From assembly GCA_032718475.1 (NCBI GenBank), contig JAUCBJ010005043.1, forward strand, positions 74,329-138,328: a stretch of DNA of 64,000 nt, given 5' to 3'. Positions 63,172-64,000 of this stretch are shown here, piece after piece; the first letter of the stretch is position 1; the number at the start of each line of letters is the position of its first letter. Origin of the DNA: Nemertoderma westbladi. Taxonomy: Eukaryota > Animalia > Xenacoelomorpha. The notes under the pieces were generated by a model. That model had not been told where the DNA came from and searched no databases. It worked only from the letters and a program-made list of their open reading frames with translations. Position numbers and translations under genes: made by a program.

Positions 63172-64000
63172 TAGATATTGATCAACCAGGTACCTCGACC
63201 GGCGGATACACTGACCGAAATAACAAACCCTTCCGATGCAATTGCATTGCACCCTTACCCCAGGAGTTATAGCCATCCTAGTAAAGTGGCTCGCGCAGGG
63301 GAGAAAAATAATACGCAAAGGTTTAAGAAACTCCGTACACGTCGTTCTAGAAAGAAGGATTGATTGTTTAGAGTAGTAAATTTTTTAGAAACTGTGACTC
63401 TATGTATTTTATAGAGTTAAGTCCCATTTTCTGGGAGCGGTGTTAAAGATTTTGCAGCAAAAATGTGTCGTTTTTGTGCAATTCACGAACTACTCTAAAA
63501 GGCCAGCATTATCTCGAGGGACTGGAGAATGTATAAACTTACGCCCTCTAGTGTCTATTTTAGTACAGAGCTATAATGACGAAATTATCAGCCATTTGCC
63601 AGTCGTTTTCTTTATCCCGTAGGTTCTATGTTATTTTCTGGCCAATCAGCGCGATTTTCATTTTACCTGCCTTTGTTTACATATGAATATGCCGCAGTGC
63701 GACAAATCCTTCATTCTGACTTCTGCCCAGAACCATCAGCGGCCAGAGAGAATTATCAAGCACAGTCAATTACCTCTCGGTACTCACTCTCGTAAACACA
63801 TCCCAACTCTCAGCACTATCAAACTCACTAAAACTCTACACATTCTGACAACGGTTGTAACGACAAACGTCTGACTGCTGATGAAACTGCCGGCACCGCG
63901 TAATTTATACTGTTATTCATTATTGTGTTTGGTAACCTATTTAATTGATGCTTATATTTGGAGAATACTTATGAATAATCGATAATTCCCCTAACTTTAT
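63172..64000 (+). mobile_element. 3' end of a diverged relative of the BEL element: ORF3 C-terminus, PPT and 3' LTR (from 63441, runs off window)
   Basis: 63172-63440 aligns with 29674-29940 (GATCAACC-GGTACCTCGACCGGCGGATACAC, AGGAGTTATAGCC-TCCTAGTAAAGTGGCTCGC, TCCCATTTTCTGGGAGCGG|TGT). Confidence 0.88.

Overview
AT-rich, intron-containing metazoan (invertebrate-type) genomic DNA; no prokaryotic features. Host genes: a complete 8-coding-exon ATG9 gene on the minus strand (62232->40959, ~787 aa as reconstructed from GT-AG junctions) and the last two exons of a plus-strand EGF-domain/transmembrane protein gene (4633-4800, 7008-7179). The largest object is a 15.8-kb BEL/Pao LTR retrotransposon (15282-31108; ~1.2-kb LTRs, AACTC target-site duplication). 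Its gag-pol is decayed and has lost RNase H and the integrase core. In the env position it carries a ~1400-codon extra ORF with a DEDDy-type 3'-5' exonuclease domain and zinc knuckles. It has no tRNA-type primer-binding site; instead the 12 nt after the 5' LTR are the exact complement of a 12-mer inside the LTR, suggesting Tf1-like self-priming. Two diverged relatives of its LTR lie elsewhere in the window. Two large ATG9 intronic minisatellites (31-bp and 44-bp units) are tandem amplifications of the gene's own splice donor and splice acceptor junctions. Also present: a 5'-truncated Gypsy element inside the donor array, a CRE-like LINE 3' end inside a 40-bp satellite, RTE fragments, hAT/Harbinger-type non-autonomous DNA elements, a foldback palindrome and several other minisatellites. 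All family assignments are by motif recognition by eye, not database search.
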